Origin: Callorhinchus milii
Taxonomy: Eukaryota
DNA length: 64,000 nt
Direction of reading: 5' to 3'
Assembly (NCBI RefSeq): GCF_018977255.1
Contig: NW_024704757.1
Coordinates: 10,850,001-10,914,000, forward strand
Shown here: piece after piece, positions 1 to 12,184 of the stretch
Numbering within the stretch: position 1 is the stretch's first letter
How the letters are laid out: every line of letters begins with the position of its first letter
Program-made: the position numbers and the translations under genes
Notes under the pieces: model-generated
What the model was told of the DNA's origin: nothing
Database searches by the model: none
The model's input: only the letters and a program-made list of their open reading frames with translations

Positions 1-620
1 CAGAGTAAAGCTCCTTCTACACTGTCCAATGTGCATTATCTTATGAAAGTTCCTTAATCCCTCCATCACCCCCAGTTTGAATTCTCTGCTCTTGCCCATA
101 CCCCTCTAATACCTGTACATGCTCGTCTAATTTATATCCAAGGCTAAAAGTCACCCTGGCACATCATTCCATACCCTGACAACTCTCTGGGAGAAGAAAT
201 TCTGAATCTCACTTTTCTTTTTAAAATCACCTAATTCTTGTCCTCAAATCACCTACCAGCAGAAAAAGTTTTTCCAATGAATTCCTTGAAACCCTTTCAT
301 TATCTTAAAACACTTCTACCGTATCACCTCTCTCCCCTTTAACCTTCTATGCTCTTGATAGAAAGAGTCCTAAACTCTTTAGCCTCTCCTCACAACTACT
401 GTATATCCTTTCATTTCTGGTATCATCCTCGTATATTCACCAAAGATATAGTATTCTCCCCGCTGCAGTGAAGTTGCATGATCCAACTGGAGTGAGTTTT
501 AAGAATATGGCCCCCAAAACAGCACACAACATTCCAGATGTCATACAGATTTATCATCACCTCCTTGTTTTTATGTTCAATGGTCCTATTTGCCCTTTTT
601 ACCATCTCCTTCCTCTATCT
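1..620 (-). mobile_element. Decayed CR1-type LINE 3' fragment
   Basis: Contains degenerate CR1 3'-end phrases (cattccataccctgacaactctctgggagaagaaattc, atcacctctc...aaccttctatgctc) that resemble the clearer CR1 copies at 53760-54245 and 63600-64000. Boundaries are approximate. Confidence 0.55.
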
Positions 621-2099
621 GTAATTCCACTTTGAATGTACTGTATATTGTACCCACAGATCCCTCTTGTTTGTGCTTGTGCTCAGCCAGGTCAACCCTT
701 AGCAACTGTTCACTATACACAGGAGCAATCAAAGTCTGAGCAGGAAGTTTCCAAAGCTCAGCTTTGTCCTCCTGACATCGACATGGGCTAAAACCAACCT
801 CTCAAATTACATTCAACATCTCAGGATTTTCTCTCGCTCCCATTAGAATAACAGAGCAAGAGCCACGGCTCTGTTATCTTACCCTGAGGCACAGCACTTC
901 GTTCTATTGGTTTTGGAAGCAGAATAGAGTGAGTGAGAGGCGGGAGCCTGGGCTGGAACTCCGACTGTGAATTCCTCCAGTCCCAGAGGAATGGGATCGG
1001 TCTGGCTGTGCCTCCGTCATGCAATCCGCTTTGAGCCTGATCTGAATTAAGTGCATACATGTGTGCTCACTATTGAATGCTTGTCCAATTTCAGTTGCAT
1101 TGGTGGCTGAAGTTTTATGTACATTGGTTAAATAACAAACTATGGCACAGCTCCCTGCATCACAGGTTGAAATCCCACCTAGGGCCTCTGAACTCTGCTA
1201 ATCTGGATGAAAGAGGATTATTGGCCAGGACACAGAAAGAACCCCCAGCTCAACTTTGCCTACAAAACTAACCATCACAAATAACAGTAAATACTGTGTG
1301 GCACTTCGAGACAATTCAACATTAAGTGTCATTAAAATTCTCATTAATTCTTTCTTTCAAATACGGTAGTGGGATCTTTACTGTGCAACTGGCAGCAGTA
1401 GGTTTAATATTTCCGTTAAGGTGAGACGTGCCAAATTGAACCTTAGCATTTGAGTGTTAACTACAAAAACTGCTTGTCCGGACAGTTTCTTTCATACCTG
1501 ACCAGGAGATGAAGCCTGCTGCCATGAAATTGCATGATCCAACTGGAGTGACTTCAGGGAATTGGTTCATTATTTAAATTTCCTTCTTTGTTAATCCAGT
1601 CTGTCGCTGAACATTCCTCTCTTTAAAAGCCTCCTGATGTGGTCTGGAAACTGTTCAGAACGATTCCAACTTTCTAAAAATACTGTGCGGAGGAAAGGCT
1701 CTGGAATCCTGACCTCCCCCAGTCAGCCTCAAAAACATTTCCTGTCGGCACAGACCGATCTCTGGAGGAGGTGGGATGGGGGGGGGAGAAGGTGCATGAG
1801 ACCACGGCTTTCTGACTGCACACCGTGTTTTGTGGGATTGGGAGAGGATTGTTACTTTGTGACCCCCTCCCAGTTTGCTGCTCAGTGTGATGCAGGCCAG
1901 GCCAGTTCTCTGGTGTGAGGTGCCTTCCCCAGGACTAAAGGCAACTCTTGGTGCTGCCCCAGTGGTTTGAGTTACGTCGGTGGGAGAGTTCCAGCAAACT
2001 CTTAAACCGTAGCATCATCCATCCACTCTGTTGTGCAATGAGCAATGTTCTGGAACAAACAATATACTTGTCCAATTCGCTCGAATGAATCAAAACTGT

Positions 2100-2305
2100 A
2101 GAATGCTCTCCCTCAATCCCTCCGCCTTGCCCCTCCCCACCCCCCCCCTCGCCTCTTTCAAGTCCCGCCTGAAAACTTCCCTCTTCAACTGTGCTTACGG
2201 CCATCTCCCCACCCCGGGCTCGGAGTCAGGCTCCGCCACTGTTAAGCGCTCTGAGATGCTACCGTGTGTGGAAGGCGCTATATAAGTGCAAATTGTTGTT
2301 GTTGT
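2100..2305 (+). mobile_element. L2 LINE 3' end with (TTG)n tail
   Basis: Frame reads LASFKSRLKTSLFNCAY, like the end of L2 ORF2. It is followed by the tail gcgctctgagatgctacc...gcgctatataagtgcaaattgttgttgttg. Confidence 0.7.
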
Positions 2306-2823
2306 AATGACTCCTATCACTTGAGCTCACAGTCTAGGCTGACACTCCAGTGCAGCAGCATGAAAGCACTGAATTAACAGGAATGCCGTCCTTCATGTGC
2401 TATAAAATGCTATTTTTTAAAAAAAATTGCACCCACCCACTGCTGTTCTGTTCCCTCTCTATTAGCAAACTGCCTCTATCTGTGAGTACCGTGCCACCGC
2501 CCAATTCCTCTCTTCCCCACTCTCCATTAATGCACAAGGCTGTGAGGAGGAACACAACAGAAAAAGGAGGTGTGGATAGAAGAGTGAGCAGGTAGAATGC
2601 AAATGGAATTTTATGCAGAGAAAATTAAAGTAGGGCAAGGAAGGGAAACGTACCCTAAACTACAAGGTTCTAAGTGGAGTGAGAAGCAGGGAGTCCCGGA
2701 CAGATCTATTGGAATCAAAATGGGATGTTTGATGTGATTAAAATTCTCACTGGCTGCAGGGTTTACAGTTGCTGCGTATCTCTGATGGCTTTCTGTTTCC
2801 CCGACAGACATCAGCTGCGGAAG

Positions 2824-4794
2824 ATGAGGCCGACTCTGTGGGATGGTTATGTCGGGGTGATGGCGTTGGTGCTGCTGGTGGGCCAAGTGCCAGTCCAATG
2901 CTGCCCAGCCAAGTGCAACTGTGACAATGGAAGGATGCTGTGGTGCATAAAGAAAACTCTCTCTGCCATTCCGAGTGACATCCCCCCCGACACTGCCAAC
3001 TTGTACCTCTTTCACAACGCCATCACCAGCGTGCAAGAGGGGGACTTTGCACAACTCCCAGAGCTTCAGCTGCTGGATCTGTCACACAACAAGATAGCAG
3101 CTCTCCCCAACTTTGTCTTTCAGCCCCTCGGGGGTCTCTCCAACCTAGACCTCTCCTTCAACCAGGTTACAGAGATCAACAACGAGACATTTGCTGGGCT
3201 TCAACAGTTGGAGCGCTTGTACCTGCAGAAAAATCAGATCCAAACCATCCAGCCAGGGGCATTTGAGATGTTGGTGAAACTGGTTGAGCTGAAGCTACAA
3301 GATAACCAGCTGCACAGCCTCCCTCCTCTGCAACTACCCACCCTCCTGCTCCTGGACCTCAGTCGCAATAGCATCCTGGCTACAGAGCTCAGGCTTATCA
3401 GAGCACCTGAAATAGAATCGCTTAGATTGGCCGGGCTTGGTCTCAGCGAGTTGGGCGAAGACCTTTTCAGCAACATGAATACCCTTCAGGAGCTGGACTT
3501 GTCGGGGAACCAGCTGTCCTCGGTGACCGCCCTGCGACACCTTGACCAGCTGACTGCTCTCAACATCTCCGGCAATAACCAGATTTCTCAGCTGAAGACC
3601 GAGGATTTCAAGCACTTCCAGAATCTACAGAAGCTGGACATCAGCAGCCTGCGTCTCATGACTGTCCCCCAGGAATTCTTTGGTCTCTTTCCCAATCTCA
3701 AGTTCTTGGCAGCTGCCAAGAACCCCTATAACTGTGTCTGTCAGCTGCACTGGTTCATCCATTGGGTGAGAGCGAGCCATGTCCTGCAGAGCCGGGAGGA
3801 GACTCGATGCCATTTCCCACCGGGCAATGCGGGCAAACCTCTCCACACACTTAGATATGAGGACTTTGGATGCCCGACCACCACGACTATGCCTGCGACA
3901 ACCACCACCTCCCTGTCCTCCTTGTCAACCACTCTCCAGCAGCATCTGCCCAGCCATCTAGTCACCCACCCAGCAGGCATGGCCTTCTCCCTTGATGGGC
4001 CAACTGCCAGAGAAGTCACACCTGCACCCCGCCAGAGTAGTCCAAAGGTCCAATTGTGCCCGTCCACAGAGTGTCTGAATGGCGGCGTCTGTCATCTGGA
4101 CAGATATAGGCACCACGTCTGCGTTTGTCAGCCCGGCTTCTCTGGTCAGCGCTGTGAGACGGGAGACAACAAGGTGGATCAACAAATCCATCAGAAGAGT
4201 GCTGTCAATGTCACGCAGATAACCAGCACTTCGTTCACACTGGATCTGCAGCCCTTCAAAGTGTCCGCCATGTACCTCAAAGGAATCCGACTGACCTACA
4301 AAAACAAGTCAGGACCCGACCCCAGGCCTGTGTCTCTTAACATCCCCACATCCCTCGCCACTTATAGCGTCCGAGGCCTGCAGCCCAACTCAACCTATCA
4401 GATCTGTGTTGGAGTGCTGGGGAGGACAGACTCAGTGAATGATCCCTGCGCAACTATACAGACCCGGCAGATGTTGCGGTTGGCTCCACTCGTACAGACA
4501 AAGAGCAACCTTCTCATGGTGCTCGGGCCTACCATCGCGGCCGTGTTCCTGGGCATCATCCTGGTGGCTGCTATATTCCACTACCGGAGGAAGCAGGGCC
4601 TGAAACAGCCAGGGTTAGGAGAGGATCCACCTCCCTACGACATGGAAGGGATGAAGCCCTGCCTGCAGAACGAGGAGATTGCCCGCTGTCACTCAAAGGA
4701 ATCTGAAGGCCTAGCCCTGCAGAGTCACATGCCATTGATGCCCGACTCACTCAGCAACAATAACACTGCACCTCTGAAACCATGCGAACTTTGA
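2824..4794 (+). CDS. VASN: Vasorin (656 aa), single coding exon: signal peptide, LRRNT, LRRs, LRRCT, Thr-rich stalk, EGF, FN3, TM, short tail
   Basis: Long ORF 2725-4794. A splice acceptor (ttctgtttccccgacag) ends at 2807, so the likely start is ATG 2824. Motifs: CPAKCNC, repeated LxxLxLxxN, NPYNCVC...C...FGC, CLNGGVC...CVCQPGFSGQRC, GLQPNSTYQICV, and TM segment LGPTIAAVFLGIILVAAIF. Position inside a CORO7 intron matches human VASN. Confidence 0.96.
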   Translation: MRPTLWDGYVGVMALVLLVGQVPVQCCPAKCNCDNGRMLWCIKKTLSAIPSDIPPDTANLYLFHNAITSVQEGDFAQLPELQLLDLSHNKIAALPNFVFQPLGGLSNLDLSFNQVTEINNETFAGLQQLERLYLQKNQIQTIQPGAFEMLVKLVELKLQDNQLHSLPPLQLPTLLLLDLSRNSILATELRLIRAPEIESLRLAGLGLSELGEDLFSNMNTLQELDLSGNQLSSVTALRHLDQLTALNISGNNQISQLKTEDFKHFQNLQKLDISSLRLMTVPQEFFGLFPNLKFLAAAKNPYNCVCQLHWFIHWVRASHVLQSREETRCHFPPGNAGKPLHTLRYEDFGCPTTTTMPATTTTSLSSLSTTLQQHLPSHLVTHPAGMAFSLDGPTAREVTPAPRQSSPKVQLCPSTECLNGGVCHLDRYRHHVCVCQPGFSGQRCETGDNKVDQQIHQKSAVNVTQITSTSFTLDLQPFKVSAMYLKGIRLTYKNKSGPDPRPVSLNIPTSLATYSVRGLQPNSTYQICVGVLGRTDSVNDPCATIQTRQMLRLAPLVQTKSNLLMVLGPTIAAVFLGIILVAAIFHYRRKQGLKQPGLGEDPPPYDMEGMKPCLQNEEIARCHSKESEGLALQSHMPLMPDSLSNNNTAPLKPCEL

Positions 4795-6182
4795 TCTCCA
4801 AAAGGTAGTAAGAAAATGCAGTGACACTTTCACAGACTAAATTCTGGACTGGTTCAAATGCAAACGTTCCAGTTATCGGGTGGTGGTGGTGGTGGTGGGG
4901 TGGGGGGGGGTGGAGGAGAAAAGAGCTGGGAGGGATCCAAACATATCCAGAACAACTACACAGATACCAACTCCAACACTGAGCCACCAGGATACAAAAA
5001 CAAGCCCATTTGCTGACAGTCGTTAGCAGGATGCTGAGTATTCTTAAGATTGAAATTTTCCACCTCCCTTGCCTCACAGCCACAATGTGCATTCCACGTT
5101 TCACCACTTCAAGAGTGTCAGGACAATATAATGTGCCCTTGATAGATTGGTGGATAAAAGAGCCATCCAGTGCCGTACTGAGCTATGTACATCTAGGAAA
5201 ATTGGGGGTTTGAATCCCGATCTGGACAGACAGTTGATCTCAGTTAGGGATATACTTAGCCTCAAAATGACTTTATTTAGGGAGTAGGGAAGCAAAACCC
5301 ACCAACTAGGGATGCTACACCTGATCAATGTCCAGAGATGCCCTCTTCCCCCACTTCTCCCCCCTCCCCCAGGCCTCTTCTCTGGCCCCCACCCCCCCCC
5401 CCCCCCGGCACATACATGGATATCAGATGTGGTCCAAATTGGGTCTCAGCTATGTTGCCCATTACAGTACAAACACCTGCTCACTGCCCTGCATATACAT
5501 AAAGAATGAGTACACTGGAGGGTGCCCATGTAATCATCAGGGTAAAGGATAGTTAGTCCTGGAACAGTACTCAACCCAGAGGTTGTAGCTCATGCCAGGT
5601 CAGTCTCATCTCGGACATACGCAACTGGCATAGAGCTCAGGCTGGTAACAGCCCAGGATCACTATGTTATTTCAATCCATAGGAAGGTGAAACTTTGAAG
5701 GAAAAAACTGTAAATACCATTGTTGCCAACGAGCAAACACTTATGCACATTCGCTTGCAAGCCAGATATCATGAAGCAACTAGCCCTTGAGTGGCAGTAG
5801 CCTACGTGTAAAAAAAACACTGCCCACAGTTAGCACAGTCACTGCCACAGCATCCCTGAGAACCAGACAGGAGACATGTGCCACCCCACGGGGACTGCTA
5901 CCTGTACCATATGGCACTGACTGCATACAGTAGCTTGGACTGGGTACGCTAGGCCTGACTGCACGCAACAACCATCACTGTGTGCTCTAGCCTGGGCTAT
6001 GTGCTGTAACCTGGATATGTGCTGTTGCTTGGGCTATTTGCTACAGAACTGATTGCACTCTATAATCTAGGCTGTGTTCTGTAGCCTGCTCTGCGCACTG
6101 TAGCACTAACTCTATGCTGTCGCCTTAGCTGTTTACTGCTGCCCGGGAGAGCACACTATGTACAATACAATATTTGTACTCA

Positions 6183-6188
6183 AATAAA
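6183..6188 (+). terminator. Probable VASN polyadenylation signal AATAAA
   Basis: AATAAA about 1.4 kb after the stop codon, with TGTA elements upstream and T-rich sequence downstream. Confidence 0.6.
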
Positions 6189-7278
6189 ATATTTTTCTAA
6201 AGAAGATGATTTTTATTTCCAATTAACTTTGTACAAAACCGGTGTGCACAGGAAGCTAAAAGTGTCCTAGAGAGGGATAAAAAGAGATGGGACACAACAA
6301 GGGGAGGGGGAAATCAAGAATGGGACACAGAGAAAGTACATTATAGAGAGTGGGATCATGATACAGGATAGTGTGTGGGTCAGGGTAACTGAAAGAGAGG
6401 AGTGGTCAGTGGTACAGGATTGGTGGTGAGGGGTTCAAGGTACCGGATAGAGAGGACGAGTCAGAGTACAGGACAGAAAGGGGGGGTCAGGGGGTGCAGA
6501 ATGAGCAGGAAGTTAAAATGGGGTGTATATGATAAATTCTGTTCACATATTACAGAAATGGGAGAACGATGGGAGTTTTGCTGCTATTTTCAGTACTGTT
6601 TCCAGGATATTCTTTCCAGTCCTGTCTGACATGGCTATGCCACTCTCACCTCCCACCATCCCAGTCTCCGTGTAAAACCCGCCATGAGGCTGTGCCTCGC
6701 CGTGAGTGACTGAAATCAAGCTGTGAATAGCATTCCTGTGAGCAGCCACACAGGCGGGACTGTAGCCAGCCCACAACTGCAAAACAACTGATTTCAATTT
6801 GCCAGCTTTGCCAAACACCTCTCTTCGCTGGGGCTAATTAAATGTCCAGGACCTGCGTCCGAGCTGCAGGCAGATTAGCTCAGGAATTTCAAACAATGGG
6901 CACCACTGGACTGGCTCCAGATGACTGCAAGCAACTCTGCACAAAGTATTCTCAGCTACCAGCGAGTCCGACCCCGAGCAAGTCCCAGGTTGTTCTCATT
7001 TACTGGACTGTACAGACGTACAACATGAGTGTAAATCAGCTCTCAAGCACAGAGTGCACAGTGCTGAGCCCAAACACTGACATCAACTTGTGCCGGTTAC
7101 ACACCAGGAACCTTGGGGCTGGGCTGGGGCTACCAAGGCATTTCAAGGAATTTGACAGATATCTGAATACAAAATTTAAAAAGGTATTGGGGAACGGGCA
7201 GGGGAGTGAGACAAAATGAAGAGCTCTTTCAGAGAGCTGACACAAATACGATGGGCCAAGTGGCCTTCCTCTCTTCTG

Positions 7279-7640
7279 TAATAATACTCCTTGCATTTGA
7301 TATAGTGTCTTATCATGTCGTTGAGACGTCTGAAAGTGCCCCAAAGAATATATTGTAAAGTGGATTGACTTGTATACTTTATTGACGAAACGCGGCATCC
7401 AATTGCGCACAGCAGTGTCCCACAAACAGTCGTGGATTGAGTGACCACATTTTTTTTTGGAAGGATTATTAACCCCCAGAAAGCGATCCATCAATCAAAT
7501 AACAAATGGGTTCCTACTTACTGCTAGGTAAACAGAGGCGTGTGGAGTAAGAAAACTTGCCTAAGGTTCGCCCTGCCTGGAAATCGAACCCGGGTCCTTT
7601 CGCTTGTTAGACAAACACCTCTAATATTCTATGATACTAA
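7279..7640 (-). mobile_element. tRNA-derived Deu-type SINE (older copy)
   Basis: Same body (tgtgggacactgctgtgcgcaattgg on the minus strand) and L2-like tail as the copies at 21490 and 43235. Confidence 0.75.
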
Positions 7641-9200
7641 AAACCAAGGTGTGTAAATCATTACGATGCCCTGAGTTAGATGACAGCACCCAGTGAGGAA
7701 CTCGGCGCCTGAAGGGGGATTGTTCAGGTACTTCAGAAGGAAACGATCAAATACAAACCTTTCTCATCGACTGCCTCACTGCAGCCTGTTTTGAATTAAA
7801 ACATCTCAGAAGCTGAAGGCGGGGGAGGCGGAGGAGTAACTGGCTCAAACTCCTTAATCCCAAAAGTACGCAGTTCTGTGGTCTCTACAGGAACAGAATT
7901 AGCAGCTTTGCACGGCAGTTCTGGCTGGCCAGATTCCCCCTCCACCACACACTCTCCCCCGGCATTGCTGTCTTTCTGAAGGAGTACTTTTGCGTGGGGA
8001 GATATTTGCTGAGACAGCTAGAAGAGGAACAGACTAAGGCAGCGTTGGTTTGAACACTCCCTTCCTGTCACAATAAGATGAACGTGAAGAACTCCCCCCA
8101 TCCCCTCCCTTTCACATTCCTCCATCAGAATGTGAGCCCCATGGGGTCAACTCTAAAAGGCATGGGGATCATCTTCCAAAAGCAATACTCCAGTACATTT
8201 TAGGGATCATCTTTCAATACAACACTCAGTATGTTAGGGGTTATCTTTCAACAGCAGTAGTATGTGTTGTGAATATTTGAATGAATACTCACCAAAGAAG
8301 CGTAAATATATGACAAACTTTTCAGCGTGAAATAAAATTATCGTGTTTATTCTGTGTAAGTAACAGTGCACCAGTGTCTGAGCTGAGAGTGCAGATCTGC
8401 CTCCTCTCACTGCTGGGTGGGTCCTGTGATACACATGGTCCCAGGAAACATCATGTAGAAGACGTTTAGACATTTGGCATTACCTTGAGCTCCATGCAAT
8501 CCTCGACACCAGCACAATTGTGCAATATACAAGAAATCACACCCTTCCTACATCACCCAGTAAACCTGTCAAGCCTCTGCCATCCTCTTCCCACACACCT
8601 TCCCTCCACTCCCACACAACTTCCCTCCACATCCACTCACACTTCCAGCCTGTCACACATCACCTCCCACAGAGGCTCGGGTGTGCTTTACATCAAGTTC
8701 CAGATAAATTCAATGTTGTACTGTGCCACATTGTAATTAATAATGCAGCCCCAGACTCGGTCAGAAATGGACCATCAAGCCATACAGCTTCTCAAAAGAT
8801 TCTTGCCAACATCATCTAATAACCCCGACTCCTTTTAATTCCCAAGATATTTTTCATTCCCCTTTTGCAATCCTTTCACAAGGATTCTACCACCTGTGCT
8901 GCTGACTTGTTTTATGACTTGCCTGTCACCTTCTATAAAAACCTTTATGTGGGACATTGTCCCTTTTTGCGCCTTGGGACGTCCTCCCGACGTGAAAGGC
9001 GCTATACAAATGTAATCTTGTTGTTGTTTTTGGCCATGTGAAAAATGCTGTCCTCGCATATTCACTGCATATTCACTCCCGCAGAGAGAAAGTCTGCATA
9101 GACATTAATTAACCCGTTAACAGGGATAACTGTGACTCTCAAGTGCAAAGCCTCAAATCAATATAACTTGCACAGAGAGCACGTCAGAGCTGCCACTTAC

Positions 9201-9283
9201 CCCTGGGCACTGTCCAGTGTCAATGTGCTGATGGAAGAGGTGAACTTGCGAGTATCCCACAGTTTGACCTCCCGTTCTCGAAG
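9201..9283 (-). CDS. CORO7: Coronin-7 coding exon 9
   Basis: ag|LREREVKLWDTRKFTSSISTLTLDSAQG|gtaagt, 83 nt. Last CORO7 exon recognised in the window. Confidence 0.93.
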
Positions 9284-9856
9284 CTGGAACAGACAGAGGT
9301 GCATGGTCAATGTGGGGAAGACCCAATCTGTCCTGTATCACAGGCAGTATCCCCAGCGTTCCAATCCAACCTGCCAAGGGGAAGAGATACAGTACTGCAC
9401 AGATAGGCGCTGGTACGCATGGGAGAAAGAAATATCGTGCTGCACACACACGGACTAGTCTTTATGGAGGAGAGAGTTAGCGCCACACACACTGGTCATT
9501 TGGTGTGAAGCGAGTGGATATAGCATTGCACACATGCCCAGTCAGTTTAAGGAAAGTAACAGAATGCAGCACACAGCACTGCAGTGGCATTGAGCCATCT
9601 CCTGGTAATTACAGAATCTATTGCTGCTGTATAGGAGCATTGGACTGGATGAAGTTCGGTGCTGCCCCAGGATACAAACCTCAGTTCTAAACCCCTCATA
9701 GATGAACTGCACTTCTTTGTTTTCCATTTCAAATGATGGTAAGAAAGATCCTCACTGATAAGTTAAATAAGCTTATCTGATTCCTGCCCTTAATAGCAAA
9801 TTTCCAGGTTACTCGAAGATTTGACATGCTGACTCAAACACTTGCAGTCCTATTAC

Positions 9857-9943
9857 CTGACTGAATCCAGTTGAAATGATATTCTCCGTCGAACTGAGCC
9901 AGATCACCCGGGAATCCTTGTTCGTCTTGTGGCCTTCAATGCT
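9857..9943 (-). CDS. CORO7: Coronin-7 coding exon 8
   Basis: ag|SIEGHKTNKDSRVIWLSSTENIISTGFSQ|gtaata, 87 nt. Confidence 0.93.
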
Positions 9944-9968
9944 CTAGAAAATAATAAGAAAAAAGAAA

Positions 9969-9990
9969 AGTGTGTGTGTGTGTGTGTGTG
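9969..9990. repeat. (GT)n microsatellite
   Basis: Direct reading of the sequence. Confidence 0.9.
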
Positions 9991-10612
9991 AGGGAGTTAA
10001 TGAATGAGATAGAGATATTGTTACCTCAATTCCTAAAACCTCATAATTTATCTACATAGTAAATAACAGTGGCCCCATGGAATGCCACTGTAGAATATAA
10101 TTTCCCAGTGTAGCCCAGCATACCATTTGCCTTGTTTTTTGCTGCCTTGTTTGGACCTAGTGAGCAACAAGTCACAGCCCTGCGCTGCCTGTTGTTCAGG
10201 GTTTGTGATATGAACCAGACAGTGACTCCATGCCAGAGAAAACACCGGCCCCACACACACACACTGCCCACCTGAATCAGCAACTATAGCAATGCACTGA
10301 TTCACAGCACAGGCAGGCACAGCTGTGGGACTGCCTGGAGCAGAGGAGAGCAAAACTCCCGCCCTCCTGCTGCCACAAGGGAGAACAAACAACCCAGTGT
10401 CGGCACACGACTCCACTGAGTGTATCCGAAATATTCTGACACATGATAGAATTGCTGCACCTGATTTTCCTCTCCTTTCTACTCGCCCACCACCTAGTGC
10501 ATCCTTCTACCCCTTCTCTCATGCGCCTCTCTACTCACTTCCCGCCTCTTGCTCTCCCTTTTGCAAGCTCACCACTACATGGCCCCATTTTGCTCACTCT
10601 CCATTCTCGTAC

Positions 10613-10663
10613 CTGCACAGCCAAGGAACTTGCTCTGGGGTCGAAGATCCGCAGTTTCTTATC
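10613..10663 (-). CDS. CORO7: Coronin-7 coding exon 7
   Basis: ag|DKKLRIFDPRASSLAVQ|gtacga, 51 nt. Confidence 0.93.
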
Positions 10664-10689
10664 CTGAAAAAGGCAAATTACAAATTGGC

Positions 10690-10980
10690 AAGACAGCAAC
10701 AAGTTACATTTGTATAGTGCCTTTCACGTCGGGAGGACTTCCCAAGGCGCTGGACAGTGGATTTGGATCCAAGCTGGGATTTGGGATTAAGGGGTTTGGA
10801 GGGCAGGAAGGATAGGAGTAGGCGGATGACCGAAGGCGCGGTTGAAGAGGATTGTCTTGAGACCTCCCTGAAGGAGACAAGGGAGGGGGCAAGCGAAGCG
10901 ACTGTGGATTGGGGTCCCAACAACAACAACAAAATTGGATTTGTATAGTGCCTTTCACGTTAGGAGGACATCCCAAGGGT
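10690..10980 (-). mobile_element. Two adjacent L2 3'-end fragments
   Basis: The tail (aac)n...tttgtatagtgcctttcacgt..ggaggac occurs twice, at about 10695-10750 and 10920-10980. Confidence 0.7.
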
Positions 10981-11559
10981 GAAGGAAGAAAGGCTGAACA
11001 CTCAACCGCCGATGGTGAGGCGGGCAGGATGGGGTATATGGAGCAGGCCGGAGCTCAATGAGCGGACAGGAAGACACTGAAAGCGCAGCTGAGCAGCAAA
11101 CCCACATTATCAATTATCACACAGCTACATTTATCACATAATATAAGATAGCCACTAGGGAATCTAAAAGAGAATATAGAAGGAACTTCTTCTCGCAGAG
11201 GGGAGTGAGACTGAGGAACCCGCTGCCTGAAGCAGTGGTTAATCTGATAGTCTGGACGCATTCAAGAGGAAGTTGGACCTTCACATGAGGGAGAGGGGAA
11301 TAGAAGGGCGTGGGAGGAGTAAGGACGGGTGGGGAGTATAAACACCGTGGACTATTTCCGTGCTGTACATTCTGTGTAAATCTTTATAAGTATAATCAGA
11401 CATCAATCTTGTGATTTCCAGAGCCCGTACAAGCAGTGAGAAGAGAGTACAGCACCATCTAATGTCTACACAGAGTGCTACAGCCTATCCTGCAGCCAGG
11501 CTTAATGTTACAGAGCTCTGACAGCTCTACCTGGTGCCCAGTAAGAGGATAGCAGATTG

Positions 11560-12030
11560 TATTCTCCATCCTTGCTCTCCTATGATGTTCCAATGAACCA
11601 CACAGCACAACCTCGAGGAACAGCACCTCATCTATCTGCTAGTGACCTTACAACCTTCTGGCCTCAATATTGATTTCAGCAATTTCAGACCATGACAGTT
11701 CACCTTCCCCCTCCCACTCTTCTGTGAGCATTACCACATCATCTGGGTCCCAGACGCACCTTTTCTCTCTCTGTTTTGTTGCCAATCCACCCCCCTTTGT
11801 TTTGCATCATTAACACCTCTTTAACCCATCATCCCCAGTCCTCTACCCCATTTACCCCTTTGTCTTCCTTGCCCTGCCTCCACCCTATCAGGTAGTCCTT
11901 AAAAGCCTCCCCCTCCCAACATGTCCCAGTTCTGATGAAGGGTCATGGACCCGGAACGTTGACTCACTTTCCTTTCTCCATATGCTGCCTGACCTGCTGA
12001 GTATCCCCAGCGACTTCTGTTTTTGTAGCA
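11560..12030 (+). mobile_element. Penelope-like retroelement 3' fragment (end of GIY-YIG ORF plus pseudo-LTR)
   Basis: Frame near 11607-11696 reads HNLEEQHLIYLLVTLQPSGLNIDFSNFRP*, typical of a PLE GIY-YIG C-terminus. It is followed by a pyrimidine-rich UTR and a hammerhead-like ctgatgaagggtcatggacccggaacgttgac. Confidence 0.75.
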
Positions 12031-12184
12031 GGTTGTATTTCTGTTGTACTAATTTCTGAGCCAAGCTTCAGCATACAAGGGAAAGGTGAGAAAGGGAAAG
12101 TTATGATGGCCACATTGCTGACCCAGGCAGATGGATCCTCAGTTTAATGTCTCATCTGAAGAATGGCACCAACAAGAATAAGTG

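Noticed and set aside
1497-1560. Candidate CORO7 exon 10 (minus-strand donor cag|gtatga near 1497)
   Set aside because: No frame resembles the expected LxPLxDxDSGLLxLAGK peptide.
2725-2823. 33-aa N-terminal extension of the VASN ORF
   Set aside because: It runs through a polypyrimidine tract and AG acceptor at 2807, so it is mostly intronic. ATG 2824 precedes the signal peptide.
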